DNA of 63,190 nucleotides, counting the filler, from Octopus bimaculoides (taxonomy: Eukaryota), in the NCBI RefSeq assembly GCF_001194135.2. It is 8 parts of 7 records of this genome, joined end to end, with 100 filler letters (N's around TTAATTAATTAA, not from the genome) between each part and the next. Parts side by side here need not be neighbours in the genome. Positions count along the whole stretch, not along the records: positions 13,159 to 27,698 come from NC_068982.1; 7 more parts are not named here. One strand, written 5' to 3'. A model generated the notes under the pieces. The model saw only the letters and a list, made by a program, of their open reading frames with translations. It made no database searches and had not been told where the DNA came from. A program made the position numbers and the translations under genes. Positions within the stretch are counted from its first letter, which is position 1; each line of letters begins with the position of its first letter. Positions 13,501 through 26,998 of the stretch are shown one piece after another.

Positions 13501-14630
13501 ATATTATATATTCACTTTCAAGACATAGGTCAGCCCTGGGCTATAGTAGAAAATGCTTGTCCAAAGTGAACTCAATGGAACTGAACCTAAAACCATGTGA
13601 TTGCAAAGTGGGCTTCTTAAACACACAAGAAAACATGACTGCTATATTTTGTAGATTAAACAGCCTCATTACCTTCCAAATTGAAAGAAAATGTCAGTAG
13701 ATAAATACCAGAGATGCTCAGGTGGTTAAAGAACAGTTAGTGCAGTTAGAAGCAAAAGAATGTAGTCTCTTCTTCAAAATGCAAATAGATATATTTCTAA
13801 AGAGACTCATACACTTTGTAGGATGGGTGTTTCGATTAAGTAAACAAATAGACATAGATTTATGTTTAATTCATAGGTCCAAAAAATGTAACCTAAATGT
13901 TTAACATTATATCATTTTCTTTAATGCTAATGAAAAGAAATTAAATAAGAAGCAACTGAAAAAACAAGTTACACAAATTCTTTAAAGGTTTTACTTGAGC
14001 CTGTGAAGTTCGTGGATGGTCAAGGAGAAGCAAATGGCCATTTTTTAATATATTTTTTTGTATTTATCTTTTATCTTTTACTTGATTTAGTTATTGGGCA
14101 GCAGTCATGCTGGGGCACTGGTCAGAAGGGTTTAGTCAAACAAATTAATCCCTGTACTTTATTTTCTAATATGTCTGGTACTTATTCTATCAGACTCTTT
14201 CACCAAACCACTAAATTGGACATAAGCAAACCAACACCAGTTGTCAAGTGGTTGGACAAATACTCTTCCATTTTTTCTGAGCATCAAACTAATACACCTT
14301 GTCTATTGTTTCCTCACCTGTCTATCTTTTATTTTTTGCTGAAATACAATTTTTATTTCAATTAATTTTGGAAATAACGAAGAATTTAGTAAAATAACTT
14401 AGTTATTATTAAGCTAAATTAATTAGTTATTATTAAGCTAAATTGATTATTAAGCTAAATTAAATTAAGAAATTTTGATGGCAGGTTTGACTTAAAAACA
14501 GTGAATTTGCATTATAAAATCAGAGGCAGCCCCATGTGGGGTGATATAGAAAGGGTTCATATGCTTCTTTCCTCTAGAACAATCTACTTCCTTACACTAG
14601 AACTAATAAGTAAAAAAATGAGGAATAATA

Positions 14631-14998
14631 GGTGCAGGCATGGCTGTGTGCTAAGAAGTTTGTTTCTCAACAATTCAGTTCTGGGTTCAATCCTACTGCA
14701 TGGCATCTTGGGCAAGTGTCTTCTATTGTAGCCCTAACCAACCAAAGCCTTGTGGGTGGATTTGGTAGATGGAAACTATAACTGTGTATATATGTATGTA
14801 TATATCTGTATGTCTCCCACCACTGCTTGTCAATAGTATTGGTATGTACACATCCCTGTAACTTGGCAGTTTTCCAAAAGGGACTGAGAGAATAAGTCCT
14901 AAGCTTGAAAACAAAAAAACACTGGAGTTGATTTGTTCAATTAAACCCTTCGAGGGGATGCTCCAGCATGGCCACAATCCAATGACTGAAACAAGTTA
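14631..14998 (+). mobile_element. Near full-length tRNA-derived SINE with CORE-like domain and internal (TA/TG)n
   Basis: A-box-like tggctgtgtgg, B-box-like gggttcaatcc, CORE-like cttgggcaagtgtc, and the 3' ccagcatggccac...aatgactgaaacaag end. Confidence 0.8.
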
Positions 14999-15915
14999 GA
15001 TAAATTATTTATAAATACAACTTTATGATGAAAGTAAACAAACAAAGTTTGTTTTTAGAAGCATTGAGATGTATTGTAAAATACAGAAATAAATTTATTT
15101 CTCAAACGTGTGATAATGCTATAAATAGCGTGATCCATATATTGCAGAAAAATACGTTACCGGCCAGCCATGAGACTCAAACTCACATCTCTGTGATTAC
15201 ACGTCAAGTATTTTGCCATTAAACTAAACTGCCCAGCAATGAATTCTTCTGCAATTTTAGAACTTATAAATTTAGCTTCATAAGACGCTAACGTTAATAA
15301 ATAGAACTAAATCTAAAAATAAAGATAAAAGAATATTATCCAGTATGTACTTCCGTTTTTTACTTTCTTGCAAATGTGATTAGAGAGAGATTTGGTTGAT
15401 GTTTCTAGCAGGTTAAATAAACATCTGGGAGCATCTTCATTGACTTGACTTCTATAAATGTGTAATATGTGTAATATGTAATGTGTAATATGTGTACTAT
15501 GTAATGTGTATTATAAATGTGTAATATGTGAGGCATAGCTTGGCTGGTTTGATGAGAAAAGATGGTGTAATGGAGGACTTTAGATGAGAGTGGTACAGAG
15601 TTTGTAGATCTCAAAGAACAAATGCTACTGTATAAGGAACAGTGAGTGGATATGTAAGACAATGGGCCAGATGCTGGTAGAGTATCAGGATAATTACATC
15701 CTAACAATTTCCCTCTAGATAAATCCCCTGCTCAGAGCAACTGCTTCTTGACAATTATCTTCTGCCTGGTAATTACTAATTATGCAACTATTAAATTATT
15801 GTAATCATTAGGTGTAGGAATGGCTGTGTGACTATATATATATATATACATATACATACATATACTTATATATATATATATATAAGATATGTATATATAA
15901 GTATATGTATGTATA

Positions 15916-15951
<36 letters not shown>

Positions 15952-16370
15952 NNNNNNNNNNNNNNNNNNNNNNNNNNNNNNNNNNNNNNNNNNNNNNNNN
16001 NNNNNNNNNNNNNNNNNNNNNNNNNNNNNNNNNNNNNNNNNNNNNNNNNNNNNNNNNNNNNNNNNNNNNNNNNNNNNNNNNNNNNNNNNNNNNNNNNNNN
16101 NNNNNNNNNNNNNNNNNNNNNNNNNNNNNNNNNNNNNNNNNNNNNNNNNNNNNNNNNNNNNNNNNNNNNNNNNNNNNNNNNNNNNNNNNNNNNNNNNNNN
16201 NNNNNNNNNNNNNNNNNNNNNNNNNNNNNNNTTAGATGTCCTATCATAGGCATCTCTGTATTTTAATGAATAATATATATATAGTCTACTGACTAATTTT
16301 TATTCTCGCTAGACCACTGGTGGTAAATTAAATTTCTAAAATTTTTTTTTGCTGCCCTATGATTTATTAA

Positions 16371-16407
<37 letters not shown>

Positions 16408-19254
16408 CATACATATACTTATATATATATATCTCTGTGTGTCTTTATGTCTGTGTTTATCCACCCACTATCACTTGACAACCAATGTTGGTGCATTTAT
16501 GCCCTGTAACTTAGCGGTTCAACAAAAGAGACTGATAGAATAAATACTAGGCTTACAAAAAGTAAATGCTGGGGTCAATTTCTTTGCCTAAAACCCTTTG
16601 AAGTGGTGTTCCAGCATGGCCACAGTCAAATGACTGAAACAAGTAAGAAAAATAAAAGAAATGAAAGAATATTAATGATGTACACAAATACATGACAGGT
16701 AATTATAATACTGAAATATGCATAAAGTAAACACATGCAGACAAATATATTAATATAACAAATTTTAAAAAATAATAAAAAACATACTATCAATGAAGAG
16801 ACAAAAGAAACAGTAAGATGATGCATGTTGATTTTATTAGGTATTTCTGCTTATTTAGAAACCTACAATGAAGAGGTCATTTCACAGCCACTAAACCATA
16901 AATTTCACAGAGTACAGCCTTAAAGTTGACACTGCTCCACTAAATGCAGAAAATTTCTGTCTTCCTATTGGCTAAAAATACACAATTTTTCGATTTTTAA
17001 ACCTCTGTAACTTTTTACTCCAATTTCTTTCTCCACAACATCATAACTTCATAGCAATTATAGCCAATTTTCAGATTTTTTACTGTCTTTTAGAAAATGC
17101 ATATTTTTCGAATGAAAAAACCCAGATCCAACTGTGTTCTTCTGGAGATGAAAGAAAACTCATTGCAAAAAAAAAAAAAAAAGAAAAAAGGGTAAAAGCC
17201 TCCAACTGAACCACATGTTAATTTAATGCATGAAGAAAACAGTTTAGGTTGAAGAAAAAAGATCCCAACTACTTCCCAGACATTTGAGAAGCTGTTCCTT
17301 GCTGCTTACCAGCCATTGAAAAGGGACAGGAAGAAGAAGGGGAAATAAAATGAGACTGACAGGTGTTGGCCAATGAAGGACCAAAGCAGAATTCTATTTC
17401 TTATTGTTATTCGGAGGAGGGAGTCCTGAAATTTGAGCTTATTTAAAGGGAGATTTATTAGATAAAAAGGAATGCACAGTGAAGGTTTTTAGAATTTTCT
17501 TTGCTTGAATTATCACAAATTTTTACTTATTCATATATTTATATATTAATTAACTATCTTTTTTTTTTTTACTATTTGACCTTACTGAAAAATAAAAAAA
17601 TAAAAGTTTCACCCATATGTTCTTTCCCATGTGAGTAGCAGGGAGTATAGAAGTTAAATGAAGGGGAAAATAAAAAGATTGAATGAACATTTGAAAGCTT
17701 TCAGCATCAACACACTGATATGTAAGAAGAACAAAAAAAAACAAAAACGTCCAACAGTATTTATTCCATTGAATAGGCAACAAGATACAACACTTTTCTC
17801 TGATAACAATCATGTGCTGATCTGGGTTTTTGTTGTTGATTTTGTTTTGCCCAAGGTCAACTCTGAGTAGACCTATGATCAGAAGAATTGACCCCTATTA
17901 TAAACAATTTTTTTTTTGCTATTTAGGGGAGGTATTTTTTCATTTTTTATCTTTTTTTTTTGTTTCAGTCATTGGACTGGTCATGCAGGGACACAGCCAG
18001 GACCTGATTATGATCCATAGAGGCCCTAAGCACTTAAAAACTTTTGGTGTTCTTTTATATAAGGTGGTGCTATTAAGTTAAACATGGCCTGGACCAATCT
18101 TTGGTCCAAACATATCTAAGTTTATCTAAGTTTATATGTAATTCAAAATATAAACATTAATAAACAATAAAATAAATCTTTATTTTTCAAAATGAATCAA
18201 AACTAACGATAAGATGGAAAATACTGTTGATTTTTGTATGCTTCCAAATAATTTAAATTTTAAAAAGTTTTCTACTTTTTTAATGGCAAAGTATTTGATT
18301 AGATTCTCCTTGTGACATCATGAACACTTCAAAATTATATTTCTGATCATATAAATCACTTTAAATATTATTTTAGCAAGTTTAAAGTAATTTCTTTTGT
18401 GCTGTAAACCATTTACCATTTCTGTGGTGCCCCCTCCTTCCCTTGATACCCTAAGCACATGCTTATTTTACTTATTGGTTAATCCATCACTGGACACATT
18501 CTTGAAGGGCTTTAGTCAAACAGATAGTACTTACATTTTTTTAATCTAAGTCTTGGTAGTTATTCTGTTGAACTCTTTTACTGAACCACCAAGTTATGTA
18601 AACAAACTAGCACCAGTCATAATATTGGTTTTAAATTTTGGCTCATGGCCAGCAATATCAGGTGAGGGTGTGAATCATTTGCATCAACCCCAGTGCTCAA
18701 CTAGTGCTTATTTTATCAACATCAGCCCTAAAAGGATGAAATGTGAAGTCAACCTCAGTGGAATTTAAACTGAATGTAAAGGCAGACAAATTGCCACTAA
18801 GCATTTTACCCAGCATGCTAATGGTTCTGCCAGTTTGCTGCCTCCACCAGTTGTAAAATTAAATGTTAAAAATATGTGCACATGTGTGTGCATGTATTTG
18901 TGTTTACACTGGCATTTGTTATTTCTTTGTAGAAACACATCCTGTTTTAAACTGATCTATATTAAAATTTTCCATTAAAATTTTGTGTTGTTTTAAATTT
19001 CAGAAAAACTAGGTTTGTTATGACAAAACTATTTTCGTTAAATTCTTCTGTATTTTCTAAATCAATTGAAGTAAAGAGGTATAGTTTCAGAAAAATATAG
19101 AAACAAATCCTTTATTGGATTGATACTGTAATGAACTTTGAATTCCAGCTGGGTTTCACAAAAGAAGGAATTTAGTTGCTATCATAAATACAAATGAGAG
19201 GAAAGTATTTTTTAAAGGACAAGCATTTTGTATATGAAATAAACATATTCTTGC

Positions 19255-19410
19255 AGGTATAGCTGTATGGTAGAAAGCTTGCTTCCCAATCACATGGTTC
19301 CAGGTTCAGTCCCACTACATGGCATCTTGGGTAAGTGTCTCCTACTATAGTCTCAGGATGACCAAAGCCTTGCGAATGGATTTCTTAGACAGAACCTGAA
19401 AGATACCTGT
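19255..19410 (+). mobile_element. SINE 5' half (same family as 14631)
   Basis: caggttcagtcccactacatggcatcttgggtaagtgtc...accaaagccttg. Confidence 0.8.
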
Positions 19411-19411
19411 C

Positions 19412-19448
<37 letters not shown>

Positions 19449-19494
19449 ACAAGTATACACACACACATGTATGTATATATATGAGCGATACATT

Positions 19495-19665
19495 ATTTGC
19501 ACCATGTGGAAAATATTCCACCAATATTATCCAAATGATATTGGCATTATGTTTACAATTCACCCAAGGCTAGGCCCCATGGAGTGCGTCCCCTACAAAG
19601 GTTGAGAGCACATTACATAAGAACATTGTGACACAATTTCTTCACCAAAAACATTTTTTCACCAC
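19495..19665 (+). mobile_element. CR1/L2-type LINE C-terminal fragment
   Basis: Translates as MWKIFHQYYPNDIGIMFTIHPRLGP, resembling the WKI....PN......HPRLG stretch near the end of CR1-group ORF2. Confidence 0.55.
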
Positions 19666-19804
19666 TTATATATACTGTTCTACATGAATAATGGAACTGC
19701 AAGTACAATATCCTTATGTATCTCACTTCTATAATCATTCTCTTACTTCCCTCTGTATTTCATGTCTTCTCTACAATCATTAGTACTCAAACATTTTCTC
19801 GCAC

Positions 19805-19854
19805 TGTCTCTGATGAAGGGATATAGAAAATATCCCGGAAACAGCTGTAAGGCA
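19805..19854 (+). ncRNA. Type I hammerhead ribozyme with intact core
   Basis: tgtct CTGATGA a gggatat-agaaa-atatccc g GAAAC agct GTA aggca. 5-bp stem I, 7-bp stem II, palindromic stem III ACAGCTGT; predicted cleavage 3' of 19849. Confidence 0.85.
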
Positions 19855-19921
19855 TTTTCTTGATAAATTGCCTTGGTTTTTTTAAATCTAATTCTGTGAA
19901 TTTATATATATATGTGTGTGC

Positions 19922-19963
<42 letters not shown>

Positions 19964-20221
19964 NNNNNNNNNNNNNNNNNNNNNNNNNNNNNNNNNNNNN
20001 NNNNNNNNNNNNNNNNNNNNNNNNNNNNNNNNNNNNNNNNNNNNNNNNNNNNNNNNNNNNNNNNNNNNNNNNNNNNNNNNNNNNNNNNNNNNNNNNNNNN
20101 NNNNNNNNNNNNNNNNNNNNNNNNNNNNNNNNNNNNNNNNNNNNNNNNNNNNNNNNNNNNNNNNNNNNNNNNNNNNNNNNNNNTATATTTATATATATTT
20201 ATATATATTTTTTTATGTTTG

Positions 20222-20490
20222 GGTTTCAGGGGCCCACAGCTTTTTAATACTCTCCCAAAGAGCCTGAGGAACCTGCACAAAGTAGATCTAGAGGTTTTTA
20301 AATCAAAGCTGGACCTCTTCCTGTCGAGAGTCCCAGATGAACCTACCTCACAGCAAGAGGTGCAAATGAGGGTAGCTACATCAAACTCCATTCTTCACCA
20401 AGTGCTACATATTGGAGGAGGCTCTCAGTAATAAAAGTGTAGCAAAACGGCAGTGCATCAGCATGGCCACAGCTCTCAGCTGAAACTATA
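20222..20490 (+). mobile_element. CR1/L2-group LINE 3' end
   Basis: GPQLFNTLPKSLRNLHKVDLEVFKSKLDLFLSRVPDEP..ATSNSILHQ, followed by a short UTR and an A-rich tail. Confidence 0.85.
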
Positions 20491-21464
20491 GCAAAAAAAA
20501 AAAATACATTCATATAGGACAACATTATCAAATGTATCTTTCCTGTTTTTAAGATAGCAAGCAGATGTCATGTGAGTGGAATTTGGCTGCTATTTCTTGT
20601 AGATCATACAGCAACATAGAAGCTCCCCTTTTGGTTTCTGTCTGGCCACCCATATGGATGATGATTATGTGGTATGTGGACTATAGGGGACATGAGGCAA
20701 GGGAGTAGTAACATTAATAAACCCCAGCTTGACTGAGCAGCTGCTGCTGTTGTAGTTGTTGTGGTTCTTGTTGTTGTTGGTAGTGGTGGAGGTGGAGAAG
20801 CAGCAGTGGCAGTGTTGATGGTGGTGACAGTGGTTGATGGTGATGGTGGTAGTAGTAGCTCAAGTAAAGATGCTGGGTTGAAAGTGACAGGATGTGTTAG
20901 TGAAGGAATAAAATAGGTTGCATGACACTGGAGGTGAAATTGGGTGGTGGTGGTGGTGGCGGCTCTGGTGGCACTGCTGGTGCTGATGATGGTGGTAGTA
21001 GTGTGATGGTGATAGTGCTAGGGATGTTGTTTTGTTGCTTTCTTGTTGTTGTTGTTGTTTCTGTTATTGTTGTAGTTAATGGTGGTTAATGAGGCAGTGG
21101 AGAAAGAGTATGGATGTTGTTGAAATTTAGCCCCAGATCATACCTGATTCAGCCAACCTATGATCTAAGAAAGCCTTCCAGCTGTGACCATCCCATCTTT
21201 TACTCATGTGCAGGAAACTGAGGAACACAATATCAAATATATCCTTTTCTAAGATGGCAGGATATTATGCAAGGGAAATTTGACTGCTATTTTTAGCATG
21301 TCAAAAAGCCATGTAGGAGAAAAGCCCTTTACTGGTTGGCAAATAATTCAGGACATGGAATGAGATGGTTGTGATAGCAGTGATAATGATATAAAGATAG
21401 TGTGATGCTTGTGGTCAGTGGCTGGTCTGTTAACTTGCCTGCTTCATCATCATCATCATCATCA

Positions 21465-22215
21465 TCTCATTTAATGTTCTGTTGTCCATGCTGGCATGGG
21501 TTGGATGGTTTGACTTGGAGCTGGCAAACTTGAAGGCTGCACCAGACTCCAGTCTGACTTGGCATGGTTTCTATTGGCTGGATGCCCTTCCTAACACCTA
21601 CCACTCTGAGAGTGTAATGGGTGCTTTTATGTTCTACTGGCACAGGTGCCATTTGCATGACACCAGTATCTGTCACGGTTGTGATTTTACTTGGCTTGAT
21701 GGGTCTTCTTCTCAAGCACGGCATAATGCCAAAGGTCTTGGTCATTACATCATTGCCTCCATGAGGCCGAACACTTGAAAGGTGCTTTTCACATGCCACC
21801 AGCATTAACCACCTTACCTCCATGAGGGCCAACACTTGAAAGGTGCTTTTTACGTGCCACCAGCACAGGTGCCAGTTACATGACACCAGCATCGGTCACA
21901 ATTATGATTTCACTTGGCTTGGTGGGTCTTCTCAAGCAAGGCATATTGCCAAAGATCTCAGTCACTAGTCATTGCCTCTGTGAGGCCCAAAGTCTCAAGA
22001 TCATGCTTCACCATCTCATCTCATGTCTTTCTGGGTCTACCTCTTCCACAGGTCCCCTCCACAGTTAGAGATCATCATGTGACCATACCAGTGCAGTCGT
22101 CGCTCTTGTACACCACATCTGATGCTTCTTATGCCCAACTTTTCTCTCAAGATGCTTACACTCTGTCGTACATGCGCACTGACATTATGCATCCAGCAAA
22201 GCATACTAGCTTCAT
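21465..22215 (-). mobile_element. RTE-clade LINE 3' fragment (ORF end, 3' UTR, (GAT)n tail)
   Basis: Minus strand gives EASMLCWMHNVSAHVRQSVSILREKLGIRSIRCGVQERRLHWYGH. There is an internal duplication of about 70 bp at 21755-21865 and a (CAT)n tail at about 21445-21467. Confidence 0.85.
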
Positions 22216-23111
22216 TTCTTTCAATGTATCTATGTATATATGCATATATACATAGATACATATATATGTATATATGTGCATACATGTGTATGTATGTATG
22301 TATGTATGTATGTATGTATGTATGTGTGCAGATTTGTATGTTTTGTTTTATGTATTTTCATGCACATAGTTGCATATCTAGACATGCTCATATATATTTA
22401 AATGATAAACTTCTGGAAAAGATCAGATCTTTTTGGTTGCTGTTACAGATTTTGTATTTTTTCAATTTTGTTCCAATTCTTTTCAGGTTTACTATACTGA
22501 TTTACTTTTATATGCTAATTATGAAAATCAAATTCATTTTTGCTATAAATCAGTAAATAAAAGGTAAAAGCTTTTAAAGTTTGGGTAATTTTAGCCAATG
22601 GGAAGCCACCACTAACTATACACATGACTGTAAATCTCACATTGGCTTCTGTTTCCATAGTAACAAGCAAAGCTATAGTCTGACACTTTCACCACCACAA
22701 CTTTTTTGACAAGCAATATCTTTTTGTGTCCATGTTATTTCTGCCTGTCATGACAGACAGCTATACTGCAGAAAATACCAGCCTCTGATTCCTGTCTTCT
22801 TACTGGACTAAAAATGATCAAACTTTGAACATCTGTAACATTTTCCTAAAATTTTCTGGGAACAAATGAATCTTAAATTCAGATTCAGCAATGAAAAGAT
22901 TACATCAATATACCAAATTTGAAAATTTTTACTTTATTTTAAAATTTCCAAATCTGTGACAAACAAAAGATCTGGTACCACTTAGTGGGACTGAACTGGG
23001 AGCCACATAGTTAGTTGCAAAAGGAAGCTTCTTAACCACACAGCCATGCCTCTGCCTATGGAGAAGTAGAAGAGGTTGTTGTTTAGCTTCAAATCAACTC
23101 TGATTATGTAC

Positions 23112-23728
23112 CAGTGGTTCACAACTAGAGTCTATATAACCCTTTGTGGTCTATATAAGATTTTGTTATTAAAATTTATGTGCAATAAACTAATTGTATT
23201 TCTGTTGTTGGCACTCCGTCGCTTACGACATTGAGGGTTCCAGTTGATCCGATTAACGGAACAGCCTGCTCGTGAAATTAATGTGCAAGTGGCTGAGCAC
23301 TCCACAGACATGTGTACCCTTAACGTAGTTCTCGGGGAGATTCAGCGTGACACAGTGTGACAAGGTTGACCCTTTGAATTACAGGCACAACAGAAACAGG
23401 AAGTAAGAGTGAGAGAAAGTTGTGGTGAAAGAGTACAGCAGGGTTCGCCACCATCCCCTGCCGGAGTCTCGTGGAGATTTAGGTGTTTTCGCTCAATAAA
23501 CACTCACAACGCCCGGTCTGGGAATCGAAACCGCGATCCTATGACTACGAGTCCGCTGCCCTAACCACTGGGCCATTGCGCCTCCACGATTGTATTTCTA
23601 CAATACACAAAATAAACATTTTTTTATACCGATCCTAATAATATTAAATCATAATTATGAGGGTCCCTACCACCTGAATAAAACAGGAATCAAAGGAGTC
23701 CATAAGTAAAAATAGTTGAGAACCACTG
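23112..23728. mobile_element. hAT-like MITE interrupted by a SINE
   Basis: TIRs cagtggttcacaac / gttgagaaccactg (CAGTGGTTCTCAAC type). The 8-bp TSD is not cleanly preserved. Confidence 0.65.
23204..23588 (-). mobile_element. Full-length tRNA-derived SINE with 11-bp TSD
   Basis: Minus-strand head has A box TGGCCCAGTGG and B box GTTTCGATTCC; (CAA)n tail; TSD attgtatttct at 23193-23203 and 23589-23599. Confidence 0.92.
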
Positions 23729-24444
23729 GAGTAGACCTCTGATCAAAGACATTCCATCTCTGACCACCACATATTTTTCTAGTTTTCTATGCATTGTGTA
23801 CTCTGGAGTACACTAATAGATGTTGCTATTGTTGCTGTTTATCCCCAAATCAGCTTTGATTACACAGATCTATAATCAAAGCTTACCAAATGGGAGTGAT
23901 AATCACTTTCTTCTTTTTTGATGGATTGTGTACCTTGGAATACACTATCCAATAATCCTTTGTTTTGAAAATAGTTGAGTAAAGTGGTAGAATGCTATTT
24001 GCTATTCCTAGTAGGGTGAGTGATCATGGAGTGCTCTCTCTCTCTCCTTGGTTCAATCAAAGTAATAGAGGTCATACAGTCCTCTCTCTTTCTCTCTTTC
24101 TCCAGCTTCAGTGCTATATAGATGCTATGCATGAAGGCAATAAATAAAAGAAAAAGGGGGGAAAAAAAACAAAAAAATGTGGCTGACATATGTTGTAAAA
24201 TATCTTTTGTGTGCTTTAAGAAAATGGGGGAAAATGAGTGCAAAAGCTGCCAGGGTAGAAGAAATTGATAGAGCAGTTGAAGGCTGAGAACAATAGAGTT
24301 ACAAAGGAGTAAATAGGGTAATGATGTTGAGGTAAGTAATAGCAGCAGATTAGTTGTGATAATATTAAATGGCTTATTTTTAGGGTTACAGCTTTATTTT
24401 AAGGTTTAGAGAAAAATAAAGGGGGTGGGCAGAGGGGGAGTAAA

Positions 24445-24827
24445 TAAGCTGAGTGAATATTATTATTGTTGTTGTTTAGGTCTGCTTTAGCCATGGCCAT
24501 CCCATCGTTGTTTTTCTCAGACACAATATATCTAGTACTACATTATATAATGTCTTCCTGTTTTTAAAAAAGGCAGTAGGAATTTGGCTGCTACTTTTAG
24601 CAGATCATATGACCAGGTAGAAGTTCCTTAAGCTGAGTGAATATTATTATTGTTGTTGTTTAGGTCTGGTTTAGCCACGGCCATCCCATCGTTGTTTTTC
24701 TCAGATATAATATATCTAGTACTACATTATATAACATCTTCCTGTTCTTAACAAAGGCAGTAGGAAGCAATTTGAGGGAAATTTAGCTGCTACTTTTAGC
24801 AGATCATATGACCAGGTAGAAGTTCCT
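24445..24827. repeat. Tandem duplication, unit about 184 bp
   Basis: taagctgagtgaatattattattgttgttgtttaggtc... starts at 24445 and 24629. Both copies end ...gaccaggtagaagttcct. Confidence 0.9.
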
Positions 24828-25499
24828 TTGTCAGCTTGATTGGATAGTGCTAAATTTAGGATATTTCAGGGTAAAATATGATTGCTTGTTTGTGCTTTCA
24901 GCTCCAGATACAGTCTTGCCATTGTGACAGTTTTCTCCATTTGTCACAGTCATAAGCCAGAGCTAATTCTCAGCTAATGATATGTAAGTTCATTTTTCTA
25001 TGTTGTACATCTAACCCTTTTGAATCCAACCCACTTGAGACTGCCCTTAGTAACATGATATAAACTTCCTTTTTAAAGTGAACTAAATTAAAGCCTTTCA
25101 TTAAAATTGCCCTAAAAGCTTACTTTTTTTTTAGTGAAATTTATTCAGCTGTAAATCTGTATTTAGTTCATTTTATAAAAATTAATTGGTTATCAGAAAA
25201 TTAATATTGTCATCTCTAAATATGACTTTATTTTTTCTAGGAATGTAAAAATTTATCAGCCATTTTCTATGGGTGTGCGGCACAGTATGTAACATGATTA
25301 ACTTGTGACTTTTGAGGTACAGCTGAATCATAAAATATATGTTTGTGGAATGAGAAAGAGGGAGACAGAGTGAGAGAGAGAGAGACAGCGAGAGACAGTA
25401 GATATAAGAATATACACAGTATACATACATATACACACACAAATATATTCATATAATATGTGAACACATATAATATATGTATACATACACACAACACTC

Positions 25500-26124
25500 T
25501 CCCTCATCATCATCAACATCATTTAACATGCATGCTCCATGCTGGTATGGGCTGCACGGTTTGACAAGAATTAGATAAGTCCAAGGACTGCACTGTACTC
25601 CAGTGTCTGCTTTGACATGGTTTCTGGGACTGGATGCTCTTCCTAATTCCATCCACTTTACAGAGTGCAGTGGGTGTTTATTTATTTATTTTTTTGTGAG
25701 ATTGGCACTATTGAGATCACCATGTAGCTCATATGCACACATACATAGACATTTGTACAGCTAAATAACAACAATAAACTAAGTACTATATATATATATA
25801 TATATGAATATATCAAATAGTATATTTTGAATTCAGTCTGAAGAAAAATCTCTCTCTATATATATACATATTTATTTATTTATTTATTTATGTGTTTCAG
25901 TCATTTGACAGTGGCCATGCTGGAGCACCACATTTAGTTGAACAAATCGACCCCAGGACTTATTCTTTGTAAGCCTAGTACTTATTCTATTGGTCTCTTT
26001 TGCTGAAGCGCTAAGTTATGGGGACATAAACACACCAGCGTTGGTTGTCAAGCGACGTTGGAGGGACAAACACAGACACACAAACATATACATACATACA
26101 TACATACATACATATGTACATACA

Positions 26125-26170
<46 letters not shown>

Positions 26171-26950
26171 GTTTTAGGTAAAAGAACCAAGGTTCATGAA
26201 CTCATCGATGAAAATCCACTGTCACATCATCATCATCGTTTAACGTCCGCTTTCCATGCTAGCATGGGTTGGACGATTTGACTGAGGACTGGTGCAACCG
26301 GGTGGCTACACCAGGCTCCAATCTAATTTGGCAGAGTTTCTACAGCTGGATGCCCTTCCTAACGCCAACCAAGAAAAAATAATAATTAAAAGCACAATAA
26401 ATGAGTATAATATAATACAAAGTAAATATCATAAGATTAAGATAATAATAATAATGATATTATCATCATCTTATGATATTTACTTTGTATTATATTATAC
26501 TTATTTATTGTGCTTTTACTTATTAATTTTTCTATATGTGACAGTGGATTTTCATCGATGAGTTCATGAACCTAAAACTATATATATATATATATGTGTA
26601 TACACAACAGGCTTCTTCAGTTTCCGCCAACCAAATCCACTCACAAGGCTTTGGTCAGCTCGAGGCTATAGTAGAGTAGAAGAAGACACTTGCCCAAGGG
26701 GCATTGGTAAGCAAGCTATCCACTACACAGCCTCTCCTGCATCTATGATGCACCATAACTTTGTGTCCAACCCATGCTAGCATGGAAAGCGGACGTTAAA
26801 CGATGATGATGATGATGATATATATATTCTTTTATTATTTTACTTGTTTCAGTCATTTGACTGCAGCCTTGCTGGAGCACCACCTTTAGTTGAAGATATC
26901 GACCCCAGGACTTATTCTTTGTAAGCCTAGTACTTATTCTATCCTGCACC

Positions 26951-26998
<48 letters not shown>

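Noticed and set aside
15588-15645. Candidate short plus-strand exon (DESGTEFVDLKEQMLLYKEQ, donor GTGAGT)
   Set aside because: Purine-rich acceptor region and no recognisable homology.
17310-17425. Candidate minus-strand exon with donor CTG|GTAAGC
   Set aside because: Poor polypyrimidine tract; the open frame is low-complexity Phe/Leu-rich.
24902-24983. Plus-strand exon with good splice signals
   Set aside because: Stops in all three frames and no linked exons; could only be non-coding and has no support.
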